Under the pieces are notes generated by a model. The model was not told where the DNA came from. It worked only from the letters and a program-made list of their open reading frames with translations, and did not search any database. A stretch of 64,000 nucleotides of DNA, from positions 224,001 to 288,000 of the forward strand of contig CAWAWS010000015.1 of NCBI GenBank assembly GCA_963785725.1, in the 5' to 3' direction. Position numbers and translations under genes: made by a program. Positions within the stretch are counted from its first letter, which is position 1, and each line of letters opens with the position of its first letter. Of this stretch, positions 19,012 to 29,410 are shown piece after piece. Source of the DNA: an uncultured delta proteobacterium (GTDB lineage Bacteria; Myxococcota_A; Polyangia; Palsa-1104).

Positions 19012-19224
19012 CTAACGCAATAGTCGCTGCTCGGGACGACCGCCGAGCAGCCGCACGGGAAAGAGCAGCACGCCCTTGACCAGCTCGAGCACGCCGTCGA
19101 CGGCCACGCCGAGCAGCCGGAACGGCAAGAGCAGCAGCCACACGAGCGGATAGAGGACGAGCGCGAGCAGCGCCAGCGGCCAACAAAAGAAGAAGAGGAG
19201 CAGCCACAACAGCAACTTCAGCAT
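19012..19224 (-). CDS. Small hydrophobic membrane protein
   Basis: 70-aa Leu-rich ORF with ATG start. Confidence 0.65.
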   Translation of the reverse strand: MLKLLLWLLLFFFCWPLALLALVLYPLVWLLLLPFRLLGVAVDGVLELVKGVLLFPVRLLGGRPEQRLLR

Positions 19225-19311
19225 ATGGAAGTGACAAACGGGCGGGCGCGAATATTCCGTGACCGCCGTCGTCGCTTGACAGTGTCGGGCGATGCTTTAA
19301 ACCCAGCAGTC

Positions 19312-20244
19312 ATGGCGACGATCGCGAACCTCGAGGTCTTCCCGCTCAACTTGGGCGGCAACGTGTTCGGCTGGAGCGCCGACGAGGCGCAGTCGTTCGC
19401 CGTGCTCGACGCCTACGCGGCGGCGGGCGGCAACTTCATCGACACGGCCGACGTCTATTCGGCGTGGGTGCCCGGCCACGCCGGCGGCGAGTCGGAGGCC
19501 ATCTTGGGGCGCTGGATGAAGGCGCGTGGCAATCGGCAGCGCACGATCATCGCCACCAAAGTCGGGCAGCATCCGGCGCACAAGGGATTGTCCAAGTCGA
19601 GCATCGTCGCGGCCTGTGACGCGTCGTTGCAGCGGCTGCAGAGCGATCACATCGACCTCTATTACGCGCACGTCGACGACGCGGCCACGCCGCTCGAAGA
19701 GACGCTGGCGGCGTTCGACGGGCTCGTGCGCGCCGGCAAAGTGCGGCAGCTGGCGGCGTCGAACTACTCGGCGGCGCGGCTCGGCGAGGCGCTGGCGATC
19801 TGCAAGCGCAACGGTTGGGCTCGCTATGTCGCGCTGCAGCCGCACTACAACTTGATGGAGCGCGCCGGCTACGAAGGCGAGTTGGCCGCGCTGTGCGCCA
19901 AAGAGGGCATCGCCTGCGTCCCCTATTTCGCGCTCGCCAAGGGCTTCTTGACCGGCAAGTATCGGCCGGGCAAGCCGGTGCAGAGCGTGCGCGCGCAGGG
20001 CGCCTCGGCCTATCTCGACGCACGCGGCGAGCGCGTCCTCGGCGTGCTCGACGCGCTGTCGGCGCATTACGAGACGCCGCCGGCCGCGGTGGCGCTCGCC
20101 TGGCTGCGCGCGCAGCCGACGGTCGTCGCGCCCATCGCCAGCGCGCGCACCGTCGAGCAGCTGCGCGAGCTCTTGCCGATGGCGACGCTGCGCTTGACCG
20201 CCGACGAGCTCGATCGCCTGAGCCGCGCCGCCGCCACGACCTAG
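19312..20244 (+). CDS. Aldo/keto reductase
   Basis: LGGNVFG, GGNFIDTADVY, IATKVG, IDLYYAH, PYFALAKGFLTGKY. Confidence 0.93.
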   Translation: MATIANLEVFPLNLGGNVFGWSADEAQSFAVLDAYAAAGGNFIDTADVYSAWVPGHAGGESEAILGRWMKARGNRQRTIIATKVGQHPAHKGLSKSSIVAACDASLQRLQSDHIDLYYAHVDDAATPLEETLAAFDGLVRAGKVRQLAASNYSAARLGEALAICKRNGWARYVALQPHYNLMERAGYEGELAALCAKEGIACVPYFALAKGFLTGKYRPGKPVQSVRAQGASAYLDARGERVLGVLDALSAHYETPPAAVALAWLRAQPTVVAPIASARTVEQLRELLPMATLRLTADELDRLSRAAATT

Positions 20245-20381
20245 TACCTCGCCACCGTGATGTCGACCGGTCCGCGCTGGTCTTCGACGTCCATGGCTTC
20301 GTTGCTCCTTCGTCGTCGCGCCTCGCCCTGAACGCCGAATCCTCGCCGGGGACCCATCAAAATCACTGTGCGAGGTACTGG
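20241..20381. mobile_element. MITE/REP-like element, copy A
   Basis: Terminal inverted repeats CTAGTACCTCGCCACCGTGAT ... ATCACTGTGCGAGGTACTGG; near-identical to the reverse complement of 52656-52811. Confidence 0.75.
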
Positions 20382-20804
20382 CCTTCCGTCGCTGTCCGCC
20401 TCCGGCCGTCGCCATGCTCAGTCGCGCTGACGGGTCGTTCGCGCCGCGATCACGCGCGCGCGGGTCGGTCGTGACCGCGTAAACGACGCCGTTTTCGCGC
20501 GCTGTCTCTTTTTGTGCGCAGCGCGGCCTAGGACTTCGCGCGCCCGTCATCGAGTTGTCGGATTGCGGACGCGCTTCGTCGATCGCGCGTTGCTTCGCCG
20601 TTGCAGGACGGGCGTTCGCCTTTTTGCGCCGCAGCGGCGGTGAGCTGCGACGGCATCGACCGCGTCTGCCGAGAACCGTTCGCGAAAAGCGATTCCGACG
20701 TTTTGATGAACGGCGCGACAAAGCTCGATGACGCGCTGTTCCGCGCTTGCTGGGCTTCTGTCGCCGCGTTTATTGCTGCCCGCATCACGAACGTGGAGGA
20801 GCGA

Positions 20805-22079
20805 ATGATGTTCAGGAGAGCTTCGATGGCACTGGTGGCCGGCGCGATCGCCGTCACCGCCTCGGCAGCACAGGCGGCGGTTCCGCTTTGCAGTGGCACG
20901 ACACTGACGAAATCGGACGGCACGACGCTGTTCACCGCCACCCCGATCTACATCACGGGCTCGTCGGCCGTCGAGCCGATGCTCAAGATCTTGGGCGCCA
21001 AGCTGGCGTCGCAGGCCACGAACCCGTACGTCATCATCTACCTCAAGGACGGCTCCTGCTCGGGCGTCAACCGCATCAACACCGACGGCATGATCGCCGC
21101 CGGCACGACGATGTTCTACGTCCCGCCGGATCAGGATCCGACGAAGGCGAGCTTGACCTGTACGCAGACCGCCGCGCAGCTCGGCGACCTCGTTCTCGCC
21201 GACGCCGACGCCACGCTGTGCCCGGGCATCAGCGCGCAGCCGGCCGGCACCAAGGACTTCCAGGGTCCGGTCAACAACATGGTCATGGTCGTCCCCGCCA
21301 AGTCGGCGACGGATGGCAACACCGCGATCAGCGCCGAAGAGGCGTACCTCGTGTTCGGTCTCGGCACCGCCGGCATGGTCACGCCGTGGAACGACCCGAC
21401 CGCGTACTACATCCGCACGCCCGACTCGGGCACGCGCGCCATGATCAACGCCAACATCGGCGTCGGCGCGCACACGTGGATGGGCAACGACGGCACGATG
21501 GGCACCATCAACGGCGGCACGGCCTTCAGCTCGGGCACGCTCTACACCGCCGTCAAGAACGCCACCACCGACACGGTGATCGGCATCCTCGGCTCCGACT
21601 ACCTCGACCAGGGCACGAACCGCACCGCGGTCAAGTCGTTGGCCTTCCGCGCCTTCGGTCAGCACTTCGCCTACTGGCCCGACTCGACGGTGAGCTCGTA
21701 CGACAAGAAGAACGTCCGCGAAGGTCGCTACGCGATCTGGGGCTACCTGCACATGCTCGCCTCGGTCGCCACGGGCGCGACGGTTCCGACGAGCGCTGCC
21801 GGCGCGTACTTCGTCAGCCTCATGCAGGGCACGCTGGCGTCGCCGCAGTTCAACGTCAACGACGCGATCACCGACTCGCACTACGTCCCGCAGTGCGCGA
21901 TGAAGGTCACGCACGACATCGAAGGCGGCCCGCTCCGCGGCTACACGCCGGCGGCTCCTTGCGGCTGCTACTTCGAGAATCGCGCCACCGGCACGGCGCC
22001 GGCGAGCTGCACCGCCTGCACCACCGACGCGACGTGCGGCACCGGCAAGTGCCGTACCGGCTTCTGCGAAGCGAACTAG
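20805..22079 (+). CDS. Secreted PstS/PBP-superfamily-like protein with Cys-rich tail
   Basis: Signal peptide (AQA); PstS-like segments ITGSSA, DGSCSG, RTPDSGT, GRYAIW; C-terminal Cys cluster; GGAGG RBS. Confidence 0.65.
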   Translation: MMFRRASMALVAGAIAVTASAAQAAVPLCSGTTLTKSDGTTLFTATPIYITGSSAVEPMLKILGAKLASQATNPYVIIYLKDGSCSGVNRINTDGMIAAGTTMFYVPPDQDPTKASLTCTQTAAQLGDLVLADADATLCPGISAQPAGTKDFQGPVNNMVMVVPAKSATDGNTAISAEEAYLVFGLGTAGMVTPWNDPTAYYIRTPDSGTRAMINANIGVGAHTWMGNDGTMGTINGGTAFSSGTLYTAVKNATTDTVIGILGSDYLDQGTNRTAVKSLAFRAFGQHFAYWPDSTVSSYDKKNVREGRYAIWGYLHMLASVATGATVPTSAAGAYFVSLMQGTLASPQFNVNDAITDSHYVPQCAMKVTHDIEGGPLRGYTPAAPCGCYFENRATGTAPASCTACTTDATCGTGKCRTGFCEAN

Positions 22080-22097
22080 CGAGCGATTACAGGAGAC

Positions 22098-22442
22098 ATG
22101 AAGATGAACAAGAAAATCATCCTGGGACTCGTCGCTGGCTTGACGCTTTCGCTGACGGCGATCGTCGGCTGCGGCGGCAGCAACAATAACGGCAACGGCG
22201 GCGGCGGTGGCTCGGCCGGCGGCGGCGGCACTGCCGGCGGTGGCGGCACCGCTGGCGGCGGCGGCGGTGGCGCGGGTGGCGGCGGCACGGCCAGCCCCGA
22301 CATGGCCTTCGTGTGCGTGACCAACCCGGTCACCAACAGCGACTTCCTCAACAGCTGCCCCGAAGCGACGGTCAGCAACGTCGATATCGAGCCGTTCTAT
22401 CCGGCGCTCGCGCCGGGCGGCACGCTTCCGGCTCTGCAGTAA
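22098..22442 (+). CDS. Small lipoprotein with Gly-rich linker
   Basis: Lipobox IVGC, poly-Gly, two-Cys C-terminal domain, AGGAG RBS. Confidence 0.8.
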   Translation: MKMNKKIILGLVAGLTLSLTAIVGCGGSNNNGNGGGGGSAGGGGTAGGGGTAGGGGGGAGGGGTASPDMAFVCVTNPVTNSDFLNSCPEATVSNVDIEPFYPALAPGGTLPALQ

Positions 22443-22479
22443 CCAACCACTCTCCCACGACAACCAGCGAACCGAGGAC

Positions 22480-24034
22480 ATGCAGCCAAGCTCCATCCGA
22501 AACGCGGTGACTAAGACGCGGACACGGCGTGAACGGACGCCGTCGTCGCGACTGAAGCTGCTGCATGTTCTCGCGCTCGCGCCCCTTTTCTGGACGATCT
22601 CCGCGCACGCCCAAGCGACGCCGCCCGCACCTTCGGGGCCGGCGATGCTGCCGCAGGCGCCGGCTTCGTCCGACGACGTCGAGTCGCTGCGCCGCGAGCT
22701 GCGCCTGCAGGCCGAAGCGAACCAGCGGCGCATGGAGGCTGAAGAGGCCGCCATCGCGCGCCTGGCGACGCAGCTGCAAGCGGAGCGCGACGCGCGCGTC
22801 GCCGACGTCGCGCGCGCCGACGAGGCCGCGCACGCGCAAAACAATCGCCCGCTCGTCCAGGCCGGCCGCTTCAACCTGCGGCTGAGCGGCTTTTTACAGG
22901 TCGACGCGGTCGCCTACAGCCAGGACGCACAGGATCAGCTCAATCCGTCGACGGGCGCGCCGCTCAACGACGCGCGCTTCCTCATCCGCCGCGCGCGACT
23001 GCGCGCCGACGTCGACTGGCGCATGATCATCGGGCGCCATCGAGTTCGACGGCAACACCGTCAACGGCTATCAAGCGCGCATCATCGGCGCCGAAGCGTC
23101 GCTCGTCTGGCGCAACCCCGGCAACGCCATGATTCCGTATCTGCAGCTGACGGCCGGTAGCTTCAAGATTCCGTTCGGCTTCGAGGTCACGCAGCGCGAC
23201 ACCGAGCGCCTCTTCCTCGAGCGCTCGACGATGGAGCACGCGTTCTTCCCGGGCGAATACGACCTCGGCGTGCGGCTGCAAGGCGGCTGGCGCTTCATGC
23301 GCTACGCGTTCGCGGTCATGAACGGCGATCCCATCGGCGAAAAGGCGTTCCCCGGCCGCGATCCCAACCAGTCGAAGGATTTTCTCGGTCGCATCGGCGT
23401 CGAGCAGGTGCTCGGTCGCTTCGGCTTCGCCGGCGGCTTCAGCGCCTTGTACGGCACCGGCTTCCACTCGGGCACGCCGGCTACGAAGGACACGCTCGTC
23501 TGGCGCGACAACAACCAAGACGGCGCCGTGCAGCTGAGCGAGATCACCGTCATCGCCGGCCAGACGGCGCTGCCGTCGAAGAATTTCAACCGCTGGGCCG
23601 TCGGCGGCGACCTGCGCTTGATGCTCGAGATCTTCCCCGTCGGTCAAATGATGCTCTACGGCGAGCTCACCTACGCGACGAACCTCGATCGCAACATCGT
23701 CATCGCCGATCCGGTGACGGCGCAGCGCAACCTGCGCGAGCTCGGCTTCTACGCCGGCATCACGCAGGAGCTGTCGCCGTGGGCGGCGGTCGGCGTGCGC
23801 TACGATCGCTACGATCCCGATCGCGACAGCAACCGGCTGCAGAACGGCATCCAGGTGCCCAACGACATGACCTACTCGACGTGGGCCGTCGCTGCCGCCT
23901 TGCGCTATCCGAACTACGGCCGGCTCATCTTCGAGTACGACCACAACACGAACGCGCTCGGCCGCACGCCGTCCGGCTTCCCGACCACGTTGGCCGACGA
24001 CACCTTCACCATTCGCGCCGAGGTGAAGTTCTAG
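22480..24034 (+). CDS. OprO/OprP-like porin; 1 frameshift
   Basis: Joined across an extra G at ~23033. N-terminal coiled coil, FLIRRARLR, GSFKIPFGFE, C-terminal Phe (EVKF). Confidence 0.75.
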
Positions 24035-24919
24035 TGCGCCTGACCGTTGCCGTCGCTGCGTTGACGTTGGCCGCCGGCTGCTCGGGCGCCACGACCGATC
24101 CCGGCCTCGACGCGCTCTTGCGCGTGCCGGGCGCGCAGTTCCATCGCGGCGCCGCGCCGGCGGCGATGACGGGCCCCAAGCTCGGGCAGTTCACCAACGC
24201 CTCGAGCATCATTCGGCCGGGCGAGCTCAACGCGCCCGTCAGCGGCGTCGCCACGCGCGACACGACCGGCATCGCCATCTACTTGGTCGGCGATCCCGGC
24301 TACTGGATCATCACGCCCGGCGCCGAAGACGGCGGCTTGGCCGGCCAGCTCGACTTCAGCGCCAAGCTCTCGTTCTCGCCGCTGCTTCCCGACGGGACCT
24401 ACTCGGTCATCGGGCGCGCCGTCAACGCCGCCGGTCAGTTCGGCCCGCCGACCACGCTGACGTTGAACACGCCCGACACGCCGATGGCCTCGACGCTGCT
24501 CGTGTCGCTGCGCTGGGACACCGAGGCCGATCTCGATCTGCACCTCGTCATCCCCGACGGCACCGAGATTTGGTCCGACAAGATCAACTCGTTCGATCCG
24601 CCGCCGCCCGGGCAGATGGTCGACGCCGGCGCCTACAAAGCGGGCGGCATCCTCGACTGTCGACTCCAACTCGAACTGCGTCATCGATGGGCGGCGCCTC
24701 GAGAACATCTATTGGACCGAGACGCCGCCTTCCGGTCACTACATCGTGCGCGTCGACACCTGGTCGCTGTGCGGCGTGCCGTCGGCCAATTGGCACCTGG
24801 AAGTGACGCTCAACGGCAATTCGCTCGGCTCGGCAGCGGGCACGAGCCTCGACTCGGACGCGGCGCTGCCGCACGGCAAAGGCGACGGCCTGACGGCGCT
24901 GCAGTTCGACGTTCCGTAA
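24034..24919 (+). CDS. Lipoprotein with YfaP-like C-terminal domain; 1 frameshift
   Basis: GTG start, lipobox LAAGC, LRWDTEADLDLHLV...GILDVDSN...ENIYW after removing an extra T at ~24658. Confidence 0.7.
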
Positions 24920-24940
24920 CCACCGAAGGAGAACGCAACA

Positions 24941-25621
24941 ATGTTGGTGCAGAAGCTTCTTTCGATCGCGCAAGTGTCCGGGCAGGCGGTGCTCTACATC
25001 CTCCTGCTCTTGTCGGTGATTTCGATCGGCATCATCATCGAGCGCTTCATCTATTTCCGCATGCGCCGCATCGACGCCGCCAAAGTCGGCCGCAAAGTCG
25101 TCGACTACTTGCGCGAAGGTGACGTCGAAGGCGCGCGCACCTACTTGCACACGCTGCCGGGCGTCGAAGCCGACGTCATCCGCGAGTCGCTCAGCTGGTA
25201 CGCCGACGGCTACGACGCCGTCGAGCAGGTCATCTCGGGCGGCATCAAAGAGCGGCGCAAGGGTTACGAAGCCGGCCTCCTGTTCCTGGGCACGCTCGGC
25301 AACAACGCGCCCTTCGTCGGCCTCTTCGGCACCGTCCTCGGCATCGTCACCGCCTTCCGCGAGCTCGCCAACGCCGCCGGCAGCGCCGCCGGCATGAACA
25401 ACGTCATGGGCGGCATCGCCGAGGCGCTCGTGGCCACGGCCGTCGGCATCCTCGTCGCCTTGCCGGCCGTCATCGCCTACAACGCGTTCCAGAAGAAGAG
25501 CCAGGACCTCGAGGAGAACGTGCAGTCGATCGGCAACCTCGTCCTCGCGCAGATGAAGAGCCACAAGGACGGCTTCCACGTTCGCCACGGCGGCAAACCG
25601 GCGCCGCGCGCGGAGGCGTAA
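24941..25621 (+). CDS. exbB: MotA/TolQ/ExbB proton channel
   Basis: APFVGLFGTVLGI, GIAEALVATAVG, PAVIAYN. Confidence 0.92.
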   Translation: MLVQKLLSIAQVSGQAVLYILLLLSVISIGIIIERFIYFRMRRIDAAKVGRKVVDYLREGDVEGARTYLHTLPGVEADVIRESLSWYADGYDAVEQVISGGIKERRKGYEAGLLFLGTLGNNAPFVGLFGTVLGIVTAFRELANAAGSAAGMNNVMGGIAEALVATAVGILVALPAVIAYNAFQKKSQDLEENVQSIGNLVLAQMKSHKDGFHVRHGGKPAPRAEA

Positions 25622-25623
25622 TC

Positions 25624-26037
25624 GTGGCCGGCACGCTCGGCTCGGGCGGCGGACGCCGCGGCATCGTCTCCGGCATCAACGTCACGCCGCTCGTCGACGT
25701 CTGCTTGGTGCTGCTCATCATCCTCATGGTGTCGTCGACGTACATCGTCGCGCAGTCGCTCAAGATCCAGCTGCCGAAGTCGCACTCGTCGGATGGGCAG
25801 GCGGAGAAGCCGTCGACGGTGACGCTGCTCAAGTCGGGCGGCATGCGCTGGAACGACAAGGACGCGACCGAGGACGAGATCGTCAAGGGGCTCAAGGACG
25901 CGGCGACGGCCGACCCGGACACGAACCTCGTGGTCTCGGCCGATAAGGAAGTGCAGCACGGTCGCGTCGTGCACCTGCTCGACATCGCCAAGATCGCCGG
26001 CATCACCAAGTTCGCCATCAACGTGCAAGCCGAGTAA
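25624..26037 (+). CDS. exbD: ExbD/TolR
   Basis: INVTPLVDVCLVLLII, ADKEV. Confidence 0.92.
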   Translation: MAGTLGSGGGRRGIVSGINVTPLVDVCLVLLIILMVSSTYIVAQSLKIQLPKSHSSDGQAEKPSTVTLLKSGGMRWNDKDATEDEIVKGLKDAATADPDTNLVVSADKEVQHGRVVHLLDIAKIAGITKFAINVQAE

Positions 26038-26041
26038 GTCC

Positions 26042-26753
26042 GTGCTGCGCCGAATCACCATCATCGGTTCGCTGTTCTTGCACGTGCTCGTGTTCGGGTA
26101 CGCGCTGCGTGTGGCGTCGCGGCCGCGCCCGCGCGCGACCTCGATCGCCGTGGTGGGAGAAAAGAAGAAGCAGGAGAAGCCCGAGGCGCCGAAGCCGAAG
26201 CCGAAGCCGATCGTCGCGCCGCCCAAAGCGGCGCCCAAGGTCGAGCCGGAGCCGTCGCACGCGCCGACGCCGGAGGTCGCGCCGACGGCCGCGCCGGTCG
26301 AGAGCGGCCTCACGCTCGGCAATGATGACGGGCCGGGCATCGACGTCGGCGGCAAGGGGCCGGCGACGCCGAAGCCGGCGGCGCCGAGCGGCGACAAGCA
26401 CGAGAAGCAGGCGGTCAAGAAAGAGAAGGCGATCTCGCCCAAGGACAATCCGGAAGAGGACAACTGCACCGAGGCGCCGTCGAAGCCGCAGCCGCTGACG
26501 CGCCCGAGCGACATCGAGTACACGCAGGACGCGCGCGCCAACGGCGTCGAAGGGCGCCTCGTGTTGCGCATCACCGTCGGTGCCGACGGCGTGGTCGCCG
26601 ACGTGCAAGTGCAGAGCGCGGTCGAATCCGGCGCTCGACGCCGCCGCCGTCGCCGCGGTCAAGACGTGGACGTTCAAGCCGGCCATGCGCTGCGGCAAGT
26701 CCATGGCCGGCGGCGTGTTCACGCTCGCGCGCCGCTTCGAGCTCGGAGACTGA
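26042..26753 (+). CDS. tonB: TonB energy transducer; 1 frameshift
   Basis: TM anchor SLFLH, Pro/Lys-rich linker, EYTQDARANGVEG. Removing an extra A at ~26625 restores LDAAAVAAVKTWTFKPA and a TGA at 26751-26753. Confidence 0.8.
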
Positions 26754-29410
26754 AACTGCGCCACGCTCGTTTTATTTGCGCGCTCATCCTGTCGCTCGTC
26801 GCCGCTCCCGCCTTCGCCCAATCGCCGGGTGACGACGCGGTCGGCAGCGACAACAACGACGGCGAGCAGCGCGCGCCGCAGCTGACCAAGCCGCCCAAGC
26901 TGTCGCACTTCGTCGAGGCCGAGTATCCGGCCGACAAGAAGGCGGCGAACGTGACGTCGTCGGTGCTGCTCAGCATCGAGATCGGCGCCGATGGCAAGGT
27001 CGGCAACGTCGCCGTCGTGCAGTCGGGCGGCGCCGACTTCGACGCGGCGGCGCTGGCGGCGGTCAAGCAGTTCGTGTTCGAGCCGGCCGAGGTCGATCAC
27101 AAGCCGGCGCCGGTCAAGATCGACTATCGCTACGCCTTCGCCATCCAGACGAAGGTCGTCAAGCTGGGGCCGCAGGTGAACTTCGAAGGGCGGGTTGTCG
27201 AGCGCTTCACGAAGAAGCCGATGGCGGGCGTCGTCGTGACGTTGCCGGAGCTGAACGTCAAGACGGTGACCGATGCCAACGGCCACTTCGAGTTCATCGA
27301 CGTGCCGCTCGGTCCGCACAAGGTGCAGCTGTCGGCGGACAAGCTCGTGACCGTGGCGACCGACGAAGAGCTCGTCAAAGATGTTAAAAAAACGGTTAAA
27401 TATTTCGTCGAAGAGAAACAAGAAGGCATCGACGAAGAGACCGTCGTCAGAGCGGCGCGCATCAAGAAGGAGTCGGTGCAGACGGTCATTCGCACCGAGG
27501 AAGCGCGGCGCGTGCCGGGAACGCAGGGCGACACGCTCAAGGTCGTGCAGAACTTGCCGGGCGTGGCGCGCTCGGCGCTCGGCTCGGGCGCCATCATCGT
27601 CTGGGGCTCGGCGCCGGCCGACACGCGCGTCAACGTCGACGGCGTGGAGATTCCCGCGCTCTATCACGTCGGCGGTTTGCGCTCGACGGTGAACAGCGAC
27701 ATCGTGCGCTCGATCGACCTCTTGCCCGGCGGCTACGGCTCGGAGTACGGCCGCGGGCTCGGCGGCCTCGTGCGCGTCGAGACGCGGCAGCTGCCCGACA
27801 AAGGCGTGCACGGCTACGTCGCCGCCGACGTGCTCGATACGTCGGCGATGGTGTCGGCGGCGGTCTCGCCCAACGTGCGCATCGGCGTCGCCGGCCGCTA
27901 CAGCTACCTCGATCGCATCCTGGCCGGCGTCACGTCCAAGGACATCGGCGACTACTTCCCGATCCCGCGCTACGATGACTACCAGCTCATCATGAACGTC
28001 AAGCTGCGCAAGGACGAGACGATCGACGTCATCTTCCTCGCGTCCGACGATCACTTGCGGCGCAGCATCCCGTCGTCCGATCCGGCCGAGGTGCGCTCGG
28101 AGAACGACGACTCCAGCTTCTATCGCGGCTTCATTCGCTATTCGCGGCTGCTGGCGGACGGCGCCAGCCTCGTCATCACGCCGTCCATCGGCTACGATAC
28201 GTCGAATTCGGTCACCAAGTTCGGCGCCGTGCCGACGACGGCTGACTCGACGGCGTGGCGCTACGGCTTGCGCACCTCCTATCGCCGGCGCCTGGCGAAG
28301 TTCGCGACGTTGTCGCTCGGCCTCGACATGCAAGGCACGGCGACGCACTCGGTGCGCGCCGGCTCGCTCGACATTCCGCCGCGCGAAGGCGACATCTTCG
28401 TCTTCGGCCGTCCGCCCGGCGACGACGTCAACGCCGACAACTGGAACAACCACATCGTCGACGTCGGCCCGTACATCTTCACCGAGCTCAACCTCGGCAA
28501 GCTCACCTTCGTGCCCGGCTTGCGGCTCGACGGCTACTTGATCGAGGGCAGCGCCTTGCAGCCGGCCGTGCTCGGCGTCACGCCGATCGGCTTCTCGCGG
28601 CTCGACTGGGCGGCCGATCCGCGGCTCACCGTCAGCTACAAGCCGTCGAAGCGGCTGAGCGTGACGGCGTCGGTCGGGCTCTATCACCAAGCGCCCGAGC
28701 CGACCGACTTGAGCGCCGTGTTCGGCAATCCCAAGCTGAACCTGTCGAGCGCGCTCCACGTCAGCCTCGGCGTCGGCTTCAAGATCACCGGCACCTTGAG
28801 CTGCGAGCTGGTCGGCTTCTACAAGCAGCTCTACGATCTGCCGGCGCGCAACGAGCTGGCGACGCCGCCCTTGGCCGAAGCGCTGACGCAAGACGGAATC
28901 GGCCGCAGCTACGGCGGCCAAGTGCTGTTGCGCCAGGAGCTGTTCAAGGGCTTCTTCGGCTGGGTCACCTATTCGCTCAGCCGCTCGGAGCGCAAGGACC
29001 ATCCCGATCGCGACTGGCGCCTCTTCGACTACGACCAGACGCACGTGCTCGGCGTCGTCGCCTCCTACGAATATCGCGGCTGGGTCGCCGGCGTGCGCTT
29101 CCGTTATACGAGCGGCATGCCGCGTACGCCCGTCATCGGCGCCTACTACGACTCGCGCGGCGATCAATATCAGCCCATCTTCGGCGCGCAGAACTCGATT
29201 CGCATCCCCGACTTCGTGCAGCTCGACGTGCGCATCGAGAAGACGATCACGTTCAAGCGTGGCGTGCAGCTGAACATCTTCGCCGATATTCAGAACGTCA
29301 CGAACCGCTCGAATCCGGAGGAGATCGTCTACAACTACAACTTCACGCAGCGCGACTACATCACCGGCTTGCCGATCTTGTCGGTCGTGGGCACGAGGCT
29401 GCAATGGTGA
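26750..29410 (+). CDS. TonB-dependent receptor with N-terminal TonB_C and carboxypeptidase-like domains
   Basis: Signal peptide (AFAQ), TonB_C domain (EYP...FDAAALAAVKQFVFEPA), plug (VQNLPGV, LLPGGYGSEYG), C-terminal W. Start uncertain (CTG). Confidence 0.85.
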   Translation: MKLRHARFICALILSLVAAPAFAQSPGDDAVGSDNNDGEQRAPQLTKPPKLSHFVEAEYPADKKAANVTSSVLLSIEIGADGKVGNVAVVQSGGADFDAAALAAVKQFVFEPAEVDHKPAPVKIDYRYAFAIQTKVVKLGPQVNFEGRVVERFTKKPMAGVVVTLPELNVKTVTDANGHFEFIDVPLGPHKVQLSADKLVTVATDEELVKDVKKTVKYFVEEKQEGIDEETVVRAARIKKESVQTVIRTEEARRVPGTQGDTLKVVQNLPGVARSALGSGAIIVWGSAPADTRVNVDGVEIPALYHVGGLRSTVNSDIVRSIDLLPGGYGSEYGRGLGGLVRVETRQLPDKGVHGYVAADVLDTSAMVSAAVSPNVRIGVAGRYSYLDRILAGVTSKDIGDYFPIPRYDDYQLIMNVKLRKDETIDVIFLASDDHLRRSIPSSDPAEVRSENDDSSFYRGFIRYSRLLADGASLVITPSIGYDTSNSVTKFGAVPTTADSTAWRYGLRTSYRRRLAKFATLSLGLDMQGTATHSVRAGSLDIPPREGDIFVFGRPPGDDVNADNWNNHIVDVGPYIFTELNLGKLTFVPGLRLDGYLIEGSALQPAVLGVTPIGFSRLDWAADPRLTVSYKPSKRLSVTASVGLYHQAPEPTDLSAVFGNPKLNLSSALHVSLGVGFKITGTLSCELVGFYKQLYDLPARNELATPPLAEALTQDGIGRSYGGQVLLRQELFKGFFGWVTYSLSRSERKDHPDRDWRLFDYDQTHVLGVVASYEYRGWVAGVRFRYTSGMPRTPVIGAYYDSRGDQYQPIFGAQNSIRIPDFVQLDVRIEKTITFKRGVQLNIFADIQNVTNRSNPEEIVYNYNFTQRDYITGLPILSVVGTRLQW

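Noticed and set aside
12277..29404. Other long antisense ORFs (e.g. 12277-14538, 20547-22874, 26018-29404)
   Set aside because: They are Arg/Ala-rich shadows opposite well-supported genes, as expected at this GC content.
26042..29410. 1122-aa TonB-receptor fusion in the ORF track
   Set aside because: It is created by a +1 base near 26625; correcting it yields a separate TonB and receptor.
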